The position numbers and the translations under genes were made by a program. This document shows, in pieces, positions 12,795 to 24,821 of a stretch of 64,000 nt of DNA; the stretch's first letter is position 1, and the number at the start of each line of letters is the position of its first letter. The notes under the pieces were generated by a model, which was not told where the DNA came from, did no database searches, and saw nothing but the letters and a program-made list of their open reading frames with translations. Source of the DNA: Neocallimastix sp. 'constans' (Eukaryota); NCBI GenBank assembly GCA_050613775.1, contig JBODTK010000145.1, positions 124,001 through 188,000 on the forward strand. The letters are read 5' to 3'.

Positions 12795-14968
12795 ATTATT
12801 TAAAAAAAATCAAGGGGAGAAAAAGAGAAAAAAAACAATATTTAGTTTTTCTCTTTTTCTTATTTAATATTTATAAGTTATTTTAAATTATTTTACGTTT
12901 AACGTTTTAAAAGTTTTTTTTTCCAATATCCTTTTAAAATATTATTAAAAAATTAAATTTAAAGTGTGGGGAAGGGTTTTTAATTTATTTATAATTCCAA
13001 TATGGGATTCCTATATATACATATTTAATTTATGAAAAATTATTAATTGCGCAAAACATTTAATCATATTTTAAAACTATTTTATTTAATTTAAACCCAT
13101 ATAAACCCATGATTAGTTTTTTTTAATATTACAAAAAGAAGGATTAAAGAAAAAAGAAAAAGTACTATTTAATAATTTTTTTACAATGCATTTTTTCTTT
13201 ATAGATATTCAAATTTACAATCATTTAGTAGTTATATATTTAACATAGAATTAGAAAAGATATAAAAAATATAATAGTTTTTATTTTAAAAAGTAATATA
13301 TTTATATCATAACTTTTTTATTTCTTTGTTTCACATTAAATTATTAATTAAATAATATAGATTATTTAATAAAATAAAACGAAATAGGAGTGAACAAAGG
13401 AAGAAAAAAATTAAATAATATTTTATTAGAATTATTTATAAAAATTAGATATTATTTTATAAATGAATTTAAACTATTTAATTATTTTTTTTGAATATTA
13501 TAAATATTAATATAGTTATTATTTATTAAAAAACCATGACATTTTTAATTTTTCATTTTTTTTAAAGAAACTTAAATTAGTAGTTAATAGTTGTTTAAAT
13601 ATAACGTCATAATTATTAAAAGCTTATTTTTTTACAAACTAATTTGTAAAAAAAGTATAATTTAAAAAATTATAAAACAAAAAAAAAATACACAAAAAAT
13701 CTTTTATGACATAATTTATAATTTATTATGAATAAGATAAAATTATAATATTAATTTTATTAATATAAGTTTTTTTTTAGAAAAAATGTTTTCACATTCG
13801 AAGAATAAAATTTTTTTATCAAAAGATTTTTAAAACAAGAAAGAAAAAGAAAGGAAAGGAATAAAATCAATAAATATGATAAAGGAAAACAACCATTTAA
13901 GCATTTAATTTATTTTTAGGAGAAACTTGTTTTAAAAAAATATATATATATTTTTTTACATTCGAGTTCTTCGTATTAATGAATTAAATTTTTATATTCA
14001 TTAAATTATTTATTCTTTTAAAGAAAGTACAAAAGAAGCTTTTGATTTGAATGAAGGCAAAAAAAAAGAAAAAAAATGAATTATCTATTCCAAAGAAAAT
14101 TTTTGAAAAATTTAGAAGTATTAAATAATTAGTATTTCAATAAAAAATATTACGAAAAAAAAAGAAAAAGAGCTATTTCATTGTCTATCTTGTTTTTCAC
14201 TTAATTTTATTTTCAGCAAGGAAGAAGAAGAAAGAAAATGAAAAAAAGGTGAAATAAAATTTAAAGAATTTTTATAATTCACTGTATAAAATGAAGTCAA
14301 TAAAAGAAATTCTAAAAATTATTAATAACAAAAAAATTCAGAAAAATTTAAATGGAATTTGATAATTTAATTATTACAATTTAAAAAAAAGAATATAAAG
14401 AAAAAAAAAATATAAAATTAATTCATTCAAAGAGAAGAAAAAGTAGTTTAATTTTATCCTTAACTTATATGTATTTTTATAAAATGATTAGAATTTAATA
14501 TTTATAAAAAAAAACAAAATCCAAGCATTCCTTTTTTTTTTTTTTTGATTTCTTTTTTAAAAAATCAAAGTAAAAACAAAACAACGAAATTTCAAAATTT
14601 TTAATAATAATATAATTATGTTTATTTTTTATATTTTTATTTAGAAAAAATAATTTTGTATAATAATTATTTTTATAATCTAATTATAATTTCGAAGTAA
14701 ATAATTTTAAATAGAATATACATTTTTTTTTTCATAATTTGTATCTCGTAATTAATCATTATTATTTAATTTTTAAATTTATAAATGTGTAAAAAAAGAA
14801 TATTAAATAAATAAAAAAAATTAATAATTTTTAAAAAAAAAAAAGTTTTAAATAAAATTTATTTATTTTGTTATTTTTATTCTATAATAATAATAGAAAT
14901 AATATTTTAATTATAGTAATTTAAAGTTGTGGAGAAAATAGGAAATATTTAATATTAGTGATATTGTC

Positions 14969-15000
<32 letters not shown>

Positions 15001-15400
15001 GTCTTATGGACTAAAGAATCAAGGACTTTGGATAGGAAATTAAATGGTAAATAAAAAAAAAAAAAAAAAAGTTTTATTAGGTAAGAGATGAGATCTAAGC
15101 ATTCCTCCTATTGCTGGTGTCTGCGTAGCCTTACAGATTAAATCATTTGCAAAATGGAGTAAATCAAACTGTATTATAATCGTGGTGTTCGCCAAGGGTG
15201 TCCTCTCTCTCCTATTTTATTCAATATATTTATCAATGATATTTTTGATAAATGTAAAAGTTATGGTTACCCGAGCAGGGGTGTACTCGATTTATGTATT
15301 TAAATCGCCTGCAAGGGGAATTAACTTTACTCTTATAAAGTAGATCCACAGTACTGGTGCAAAATAGTAGTAAAGTTATATTTTGTGTTAATTAATAACA
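15001..15400. mobile_element. Mosaic of short non-LTR retrotransposon fragments plus filler DNA
   Basis: 15004-15051 = LWTKESRTLDRKLNGK; ~15092-15178 = DLSIPPIAGVCVALQIKSFAKWSKSNCII; ~15175-15267 = YNRGVRQGCPLSPILFNIFINDIFDKCKSYG. All match segments of the 1479-aa LINE ORF, but in scrambled order. Confidence 0.8.
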
Positions 15401-16480
15401 TTATGCTTCGGGTTTAAAAATAAAACCTCCAATACTTCAATTTACAATATGTCTAAGGAACTTTCTATACCTCCTATAGCTAGTTTTTGTGCTAAGGCGA
15501 TGATTCGATGCTTTAAAAAGTGGAAAGATTCTTCTTGTATTATTTCTCATTTAGTCAAAAATATACCTACACTTTCTCACTATTCATGGACGAAAAAAGC
15601 ACGGAGTTTAGCAGTACACAAGCACAATAATAAACTTCCTGGAGAAATAAGGAAGTTTTACTGGGAAAATATTCATTATTCAAGCACTCCTGCGATCAGA
15701 TCTACAAAATACAAGAAATTTAAATTTGGTTTTAAAAAATTTATTCAACGTCTATCACTTAAATATTCACAATTTTCTCTTGGATTTTTTTGGATTGGAC
15801 GAATTAAATGTGGATTCAAATTTGATGTAAAAACGTATGTTAAAAGTAATCTAGTATCAGAAAATTGCCCAACATACTGCCCTTGTTGTGGTGAGAGTAA
15901 CAGCATACCTAGTTTTACACACTGGATACTTTTATGTCCTAAATTTGAAGAATTTAGGCAACATTTCATTCCCTTTGTTGATGAAATTTTTATTAATTTT
16001 TCTCTAATTGTTCATGAGAAATCATTGAACATTCCTGATGATAAAGAGGAAGATTTTGATGATAATATCAATTTTTACGTGCTGTGTCTCCTTCTTGGCG
16101 GAAATGCAGTATTTGAAATCTTAAAGATCGGCTCGGGGGAAAGAAGGCGATATATTAATAATATTTTTCAATCACCTTCGAACGAGTCTTCTTTCCCGAT
16201 TTCATATTTTGTGGGGCTTGCGGAATTCCTTACTAACGTTATGCCTATTGTGATTGGTGATTTTTACACCATGATCGATTTGTATAGTGTTAGACCTACC
16301 GTTGTCAAGAGCGTCGACGTCGTAACGATAAGGCAAAGAAGAAATTCTGATACAGATTCGAATGATAATTTTCATCCACATGGAGTTATCTTCGATGAAT
16401 GGGAAGAGTTAGAGGCCTTTTCGTCCTCGAATCTCATAACGTAGTTTTTTAATATTAATATATAAAAAAAAAAAAAAAAA
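15401..16480 (+). mobile_element. 5'-truncated non-LTR retrotransposon (C-terminal ORF 15449-16444) with poly(A) tail
   Basis: Aligns to the C-terminus of the 17094 ORF (SKELSIPP, WTKKARSL, CPCC..HWILLC zinc motif, KSVDV..RQ); A-tract at ~16464-16480. Confidence 0.9.
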
Positions 16481-17093
16481 TTTCATGTATTTAAACTTCA
16501 TGTATTTTTTAAAAAAAAATATTATTAAATAAAGTTTATTCCTAGTCTAAAAAAAAAAAAATAACATTATGCGCAATGGTAATGTTATTGGTAAAATTTT
16601 TCTGGTGAACACTCACTGCGGAATATAATGGTGCATTTTTGGAACATTGTTAAATAAGTTACACCCAAGAATTAGTAATACATTTTCATTGTATTTCTAT
16701 TTTCATGTAGTATTACTATTCTCATGTAAGAATCTATTGTATTCAATTGTATTTCAACTTTATATTTCATGTATCACGTTGTAAGAGATTGATTCACTCT
16801 AAATCTTGTAGTAATTTATTTAACTCTTTACTAATTTGTGCCATTTTATTTCATCAATTCAATCTTAGTCATTAAATACTTTATGATATTCAATTTAAAT
16901 AATATACTGAAAAAAGTGCTAAATCAAATTATTTTTCAATCATTCAACAAACTACTAATTATCGAAATTATTTACTCCAAAAAGATATAAAATTATTACA
17001 ATTCTCATTATACTCAAGACTTTATAATAAAAATTGACTTTTTTTTATTTTTTTTTTTTTTTAGTTATTAATTTTTAGTTTTTTATTACTATT

Positions 17094-20000
17094 ATGGAAA
17101 TCCAATTTATAAGAAATAAGAATTTCATTCTAAGAGGTTCAAGGTGCCACGGTATACCAATGGAGAATACGAAACTACTCTTTATCCGCGGACTTCGATC
17201 TTGGCCAGAAATCAAAATGAGAAGACATTTAAAGAAAACTCTGAATGAATTAAATGATAAGGTTTTATCAGTTAAACGTATTGCTAATTTTAATGATGCA
17301 TTCTTTAAAATTAAAATAGTAGGTAATGAAGAAGAATTATCATCTATTACTGATTGTATTGTTAATAGTTTCAAACGTGCTTCAATTAACGTTATTAATT
17401 GTAGCAAAAGGAATAATAAATACAGTTTTTCTTCACTCAAAAGGAAACATTTTGCCTTATCAGAAAAAGTGAATTCATCTTATAATATCAACTTATTCAC
17501 TACTTCAAATTCAAATGCAGATTCAAGTCAAAATTCAAATTCAAGTTCAAATACAGATTCATGTTCAAGTTCAAGTACAAGCTCAAGTTCAAGTTCAAGT
17601 ACAAGTTCAAGTACAAGCTCAAGTTCAAGTTCAAGTACAAGTTTAAGTACAAGTTCAAGTACAGGTTCAAGTTCAAGTTCAAGTCCAAGTTCAAGTACAA
17701 TTTCAAGTTCAAGTTCAAGTACAAGTTCAAGTACAAGTTCAAGTTCAATTTCAAATTTATGTTTAAATTCAGTTTCAAGCTCAGATTCAAATTCAAATTT
17801 CAGTTCAATCAATTATAATAATTCCAATAATATTAATAACACTCATATTAATAATAATACAGTTAAAGAATTTTCTCTATGTGTCAGTTGGAATACTAAT
17901 GGATGGAACCTTGATAAAAAAGACAGTGTTGAATTCTTTATTTCAATGTACAAACCACTTTTCTTATGCTTTCAGGAAACAGGAAATGGTTCAGGTTCTA
18001 GCAGTAAATATCCATGTCGAGTATCATTAAAAAACTACAAACATTTCTTCAAAAAAGCTAATAATGAAATTCCCGGTAAAAGAGGTCTTTATATTGGGTT
18101 TCATAATTCTTGTCAAGCCTCTCTTGAAAACAACACTTATGAGTATATTATTTCCTTGTATACTTATAATTTTTGGAATTTCACTAAATGTTCTATTGGT
18201 AATGTGTACGTACCTCATAGTGGCCATAGCCTTCATGCTAGAGCTGCTAGAATTGAAATATTGTCTTGGTTAAATAGTCACTCTTCTCATCCTTCAATGT
18301 TGGTTGGTGATTTTAATTTACCTACTGAGAAATTAAGTAATTTGCTCTCTAAATTTAGTAATTGGAAAATTCTTCCCTTATGGGGCTCCCCAATTTCATG
18401 GAGTAGAGGTAATAGAGAATCTGATATAGATCATGCGATTGTCAATGATCATATGTTAGATTTACTTTCATATGGTACTTTTATTGACTTTCCCCCCATT
18501 TCGGATCATAAACCTTTATTAATAAAAAGTAAATGTTTTTCATCAGTTAATTCAGATAATTCTTTCTCTCTGCCTAAAAAGACAGTTAAATGGGATAGAT
18601 TAAAATGTATAAATGAAAAAGAATCAATTTTTGACAACAACTATTTTAGTGTATTAGAGGAAGTGATTCCAGATCCTAATATTAGTATTGATGATATTTC
18701 AAAGAAATTTATTTCAACTTCATTCAATATTGCTAAGGAACTTAATATCACGTCAATTTCAGAAGTTCGAAAATCTTTTTTTCATATGTCGCAGAAAATA
18801 TTTAATTTGCAAAAACTCAAAATGAAATTATATAAATCCATTAAAAGAAGAGGTTCTTATCATAATTTAGATGAATTTGAAGAATTAATTGATAAATATA
18901 ATAGAATGTGCAAAATTATTCATCATATGTGTAATATTTATAGGAAAACTGAATACCAACATTGGATTAATACAGGATGTGAATATATGAAATCTCATAA
19001 CCCTAAAAAAGCTTGGAAATGGCTTAAAACAACAGCAAAAGTAGATAAATTTAAAAATATGTCAAATTCTCCAGTAAAGGACAAAAATGGTAAACTAGCT
19101 ACTTCTACTAAAGAACAGTTAGAAGTATGGCACAATCACTATAAAAAACTTGCTTCAAGCCATTCTGATATCAATAGTGCATTAATCGAATGGTATAATA
19201 AATTTTCCAATGGAACATTTAAGTATACGAGACACAATGAATGGGATATAAATCAAGACATCAGTATAGAAGAAATTAGAGAAGCAATTTTGGCTACTCC
19301 AAATTTTAAAGCTTCAGGCCCGGATGGAATTCCTATTGAATTTTATAAAGCTTTAATTCCTCCGGATGACGAAAATTCAGTAAATAATTCTTCTTCTGGT
19401 TTAAATTGTTTACAGAAGATATACTCAAGAATTTGGAATGGAGAATTTCCTAGCTCATGGAATGAAGCAAGTATTATATCTATTCCTAAAAAAGGAGATG
19501 ATCTATCTGATTGTGACAATTATCGAGGTATCTCTCTGATTAACAATGGTATTAAACTCATTTCGAAAATAGTCTCCAAAAGAATTTCAGAATATGGACT
19601 TAAAAATAATTTTATTAGGCCAGAGCAATTTGGATTTCGTACAAAAGAAGAATGTGTTAGTTTATTTATTTCAATTCGAGAAATTTGTCAAAGGCGTAAA
19701 AATGATAATAAAGAAACTTACCTAGCTTTTCTAGATTTAAAAAAGGCATATGATTCTGTTCCAATAGGTAATATTTTATATAAATTAGATGCTTTAGGTA
19801 TTAGAGGTAAATGTTATCAATTTATAAAAAATCTATATTTGACATCCAAAGCTAGTGTTAAAATTGATGATCAATATTCGGAATATTTTAATATTATGAA
19901 AGGAGTTAGACAAGGTTGTCCACTATCACCAATTCTTTTCAATCTTTTTATTAATGACATTTTTAATGATGTTTCAGAACTTGGAATTCCTTTAGGCGAA

Positions 20001-21533
20001 TCTAGATGTTGTGGTGGACTCTTTGCAGATGATATTGTTCTATGCGCACCGTCAAGAACTAAGTTGAAAAAAATGCTTAAGAAGGTAAATGAATGGGCTA
20101 AATTTAATATGATGAATTTTGGAATTAATAAGTGTGCAACGATGGTGATTCGACCAGACACACCTCTTTTTCAAAATAAAAGAGATCCTACTTTTTATCT
20201 TGCTGGTCAACCAATTCCAATAACTAAATGTTATACCTATTTAGGTATACCATTTGATAAAAGCTTATCGTTGAAACCTATTATTAAATTACTTAACTCT
20301 AAAGTAACTAAAGCTTTCTTTTCTGTTAGTAAATTTCTTTCAAATTCCAAAATTCCTATTCCATTTAAGAAGATTATAATTAACTCTTATGTACTTAGTA
20401 AAGTCTCTTACTTTGCACCTTTACTTGGTTCGAATAAAACGAGAACAAATAATACTCAGAAATTAATTAATAAAGGATTAAGATGGATTGCAGGTATACA
20501 AAAAGCCAAATCATTTATTAATGTATATTCTATTTCAAAAGATTTACATATTCCTCCATTGTCAGCTAAGTGTGCTTTGTCTCAGGTCAAATGTTTTGAT
20601 AAATGGAAAAATTCAAATTGTATTATTTCCTATTTAGTTAATAATATTCCAAAATCTAGAAAATATACATGGACAAAAGAAAGTAGAACTCTTAAACGTA
20701 AACTAGAGAAAAGAGGTAATAACGATAATAAAATCAAGGATTTTTATTGGAAAAGAGATATGAAAATCAATTCTATTAAAGCTGAGTTTTATGACAAAAA
20801 CAAATTCGAAGAAACATCAAAATTTATAAAACTTTGTTATGACTATCCTGATCTTTCATATGGTTTCTATTGGCTATTGAGAGCACGAAGCGGATATAGA
20901 TTAGATGCTAGAATTGCTAAAGCTGCAAAAATAGTGGACCAAATGTGTCCTAATTTTTGTCCCTGTTGTAAAAGTAATAAACAATGGATAAGTCATTGGT
21001 TAATTGATTGTCCCTTTTTCAATCATACTCGTAGTAAAGTTAATGATAAAATTTTATTTTTATATAATGCTTTTTACCGTGGCAACCTAACAAATGATAT
21101 TGTTAATAGTAATAATGATAATAGTAATAGTAATAATAGTAATAGTTATAATAGTAATAATAATATTAGTAATAGTATTTTTAGTAATGTTAGTAATAGT
21201 ATTGAAAATAATGTGTATATTGATTCTAGTGTGTGTGAAAAAGTGTTTAATTTCCTTCTTGGAGGTCGAAGTATTAATAACAGTACAAGGGAATGGAAGG
21301 ATCTATTTAAGTGCCAGATGAAATCAGGTGCTTATTCTGATACTCCGTTCTTAGTGGTTACTGCGGCACTTCTCCAATCGATTATACCTATTGCTATTGG
21401 CCAGCAATGGTCTTTGTTCAATAGGTTCAAATCGAATCGTACTACTACTACCAAGAGCGTCAATGCTGAAGAAACAGTAAGACAGGCCAGCAGGGCTAGC
21501 GCAACCAATGAAGATCATAATTTTGTATCTTAA
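17094..21533 (+). mobile_element. Intact single-ORF non-LTR retrotransposon (LINE): N-terminal domain, Ser/Thr linker, APE endonuclease, reverse transcriptase, C-terminal CCHC; 1479 aa
   Basis: APE motifs SWNTNG, FQET, GDFN, DIDH, SDH; RT motifs KASGPDGIP, NYRGISL, QFGFR, FLDLKKAYDSV, GVRQGCPLSP, FADD, YLG; zinc motif CPCC..HWLIDC; no internal stops. Confidence 0.95.
17500..17810 (+). repeat. (TCAAGT/ACAAGT)n hexamer repeat encoding a poly-Ser/Thr linker inside the LINE ORF
   Basis: Direct inspection; in frame with the LINE ORF. Confidence 0.9.
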
Positions 21534-21764
21534 AATTATGATTAACATTGCGAAGTCAAAGTTAATTATTATACTTCAGTATAATAATGCCCTTGTGAAG
21601 TCTTACAAATATTAATTAAATGAAACTAGAATATATTATACCATTATTTTATTTTATTTTGTGTTTTATTTTTTTTTTTTATTTTTTTTATCTTTTTTTT
21701 TATTATTTTATTACATGTATTTTATCAAATATTTAATTAATAAAGATGAAACAAGTTTGCTGCC

Positions 21765-21803
<39 letters not shown>

Positions 21804-21806
<3 letters not shown>

Positions 21807-23988
21807 ATCTATATTTCTTAGTTTTTAGAATTTTAGTTTTCATTGTTTCATTTTTTTAAATTGTAGTCTTTTTAGTTCATTATGGAAAAGATATTTCACC
21901 GGGGTTCTCGCTGCTATGGAACATCTATTGACAGCACAGGGTTGATTTTTATCCGTGGTATACACTCATGGACTAATGCTAAAATGAAGGAATTTATTCA
22001 TTCTAAATGCAAAAAATTCAATGTTAATATTTTGTCAGTAAAAAGAATTACCAATTTCAATGATAGCTTCTTCAGGATAAAAGTATACAATCCAAATTTC
22101 AATCTCAAAAAATTTAAAAAAGTATTTAAAAAAGCACTATCAGGAGTTAAAATTTCATATTGTAGATGTTCTGAATGGAATCATAAGGTTTCTTTTCAGC
22201 ATTTAATAATGGCAATCATAAACTAATTGCTCCCAATATTCCTAATCTTAATTCTCAAAATCCATTTTCACATTCTAACACAGGAAAATTTTCTTTTTGT
22301 CTTTGTTGGAATACCAACGGATGGAATTTTGTGAAAAGAGATAGTATTGAGTACTTCAACACAATATTTAAACCATTATTTATATGTTTTCGGGAAGCAG
22401 GTAATGCTACCAATGAAGCTAGAAATCCATGTAAAGTAACACTTCCCAACTATAAATATTTCTTGAAAAGAATGGATCCTACTACTCCAGGTTGCAGAGG
22501 TTTATATCTTGGTTATCATGTCTCATGTCAAGCAGTACTAGAAGATAATTCCTATACTTATCTTGTGTCTTTAACAACTTATAGTCTATGTTGGTAATGT
22601 CCATATTCCCACTAAGAAACACTCATTACAAGTCCGATATGCATTTTCAGAAGTTTTCTCATGGCTTCAGAATCACACTAATCATCCATCTATTCTTCTT
22701 GGAGAATTTAACATGAGTACCTCTGATTTACAAGATAAATTATCCAATAGTAACCTTGATAACTGGTTTATTCTTCCGATTAATGGTTTACCTATTTCAT
22801 GGACAAGAGGTAGTTATTCATCAGATATTGATCATGCGTTAGTCAATTCAAGTATGCTGGTTAAAATATCAAGTGCTTATTTTGTTGATTATCCTTCTGT
22901 ATCTGATCATATACCTCTCATGGTTTATTGTAAGAAAATTGCCACAGATGAATCATTTTTGTTACCAAAAAAATTTGTAAGATGGGATAGGTATAAATGT
23001 CTTGAACAAAAGAAAGAAATATGTCATCACAATAAATTTGAAATTGGTTGTGAAGAAATAGAAAATGAAGAATTTTCAATAGATTGTGTTATTGAAAAGT
23101 TCATTAATACTACCAATTCCATAGCTAAGGATTTATCGATTACATCTTCAACAGTAATTAGGAAAGCGATGTTTAGAATGTCACGAAAATTTTATTGTCT
23201 TCAAAAGATAAAGCATATTAAATACAAACAAATTAAGCGTTATGTTTCTGCAAATGATTCCAATGAATTTGCTAAAATAGTTGACTCGAATAACAGACTT
23301 TGTGTATCAATTCATAAAAAATGTAACGAATTTAGGAAAAAAGAATATTTATATTGGATTAAAATTGGATGTTTCGTTAGCTCTTAAAAAGGATAGTAGG
23401 AAAGCATGGAAATGGGTTAAAAAGAATGTAAGAATAAATAATCAATCTTTCACGGTCTCTCTCGTCCTATTAAAAATTATAATAATGAACTTGTTTCTTC
23501 TACAGATGAAAAATTAAAAGTTTGGCATTCTCATTATAAATTCTTAGGGTCAGATTCTTCAGGTCATAGTCTTTCTAAAGATTACTGGAAAGATTCTGAT
23601 GCACTAAGGAATTTGGGAAGACCAAGGCAACAAGAATGGGATATTAACGAAGGCATTAGCGATGAAGAAATTTGCAAAGCTATCTCCTCCACTCCTAACT
23701 TTAAAGCTTATGGTCCTGATGGTATTCCAATGGAATTCTTCAAAGCTTTGATTCCTGGTAAAGATGATTCAGAAGGATCAAGTGATAATAATAGTATTAT
23801 TTCATCTGGCTTTAAATGTCTCAAAGCCTTAATCAATCGTATTTGGAATGGTGATTTCCCAAAATCATGGAATAAGGCATCAATAGTTTCTATTCATAAA
23901 TAGGGCGATCTATCAGATTGTAACAACTATCGTGGCATCTCTCTTATCAATAATGGATTAAAAATTATTGCAAAAATCATAGCTAATA
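21804..23988 (+). pseudogene. Degenerate, 3'-truncated non-LTR retrotransposon of a related family (N-terminal domain, APE, start of RT)
   Basis: Frameshifted ORF pieces RGSRCYG..IFIRGI, WNTNGWN, SDIDHA, SDH, KAYGPDGIP, NYRGISLINNG homologous to the 17094 ORF; homology stops abruptly at ~23988. Confidence 0.9.
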
Positions 23989-24280
23989 TATAGGCTATTC
24001 CTTTCCCATCAACCCTCCATGGACCTGGAAAAACATGTCTACATCATTAGGTATAAATTTAAGTTTAAAAAAAAAAATAATTATAATTTTGGCTTTACTT
24101 TTTATTATGATTTATAACTATATTAAATAATATATATTTTTTTTAATATTTTATATAATAATTAGACTTTGAAGACGATAAATCCAATATAATATGAATA
24201 ATGAATAACCCATTTTCATATGGATAATATTCATATATTATACTTTAAACATTTTACCTAGAAATATAAAAATTAAAAAA

Positions 24281-24332
<52 letters not shown>

Positions 24333-24403
24333 TATATTTAATGATAGTAAAATAATAATCGTAAAAATATATTATTTAATCAAATAATTATTTATTATTA
24401 AAC

Positions 24404-24443
<40 letters not shown>

Positions 24444-24821
24444 TTATTAATTATAATTTAAAAAAAAATATTAATGTTTATTAATTTATTTTTTTAAATG
24501 ATTAATAAGATTGTAAATATTTAAAAAATGTCTATATTTATTTATTTTTTTTTTTAGATTTATTTATTTATTTATTTATTTATTCTTTTAAAAAAATAAT
24601 AATATTAATATTATAAAAAATAATAAATATAATAAAAAAATAAGATATAATATAAAATCATATAAATATATTTATATATATATATTAGTGATGTTAATAT
24701 TATCTTTAAAATTAAAAATATTTCATTTTATTATATTTTTATTTAACAAAAAAAAAAATTTAAAATTAAAAATATTTTATTTTTTTATATTTTTATTTAA
24801 CAAAAAAAAATAAAATAAAAA

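Noticed and set aside
16590..16650. Minus-strand MHHYIPQ resembling an HYxPQ domain start
   Set aside because: Immediately followed by a stop, with no supporting downstream exon; too short to call
17500..17818. Alternative-frame ORFs (LNLN, ELEL, KFKF)
   Set aside because: Shadow frames of the hexamer repeat inside the LINE ORF
17020..21545. Target-site duplication for the intact LINE
   Set aside because: Only an imperfect AAAATT(AT)GA match; the 3' boundary (21533 vs A-tract at 21803) cannot be fixed from this window
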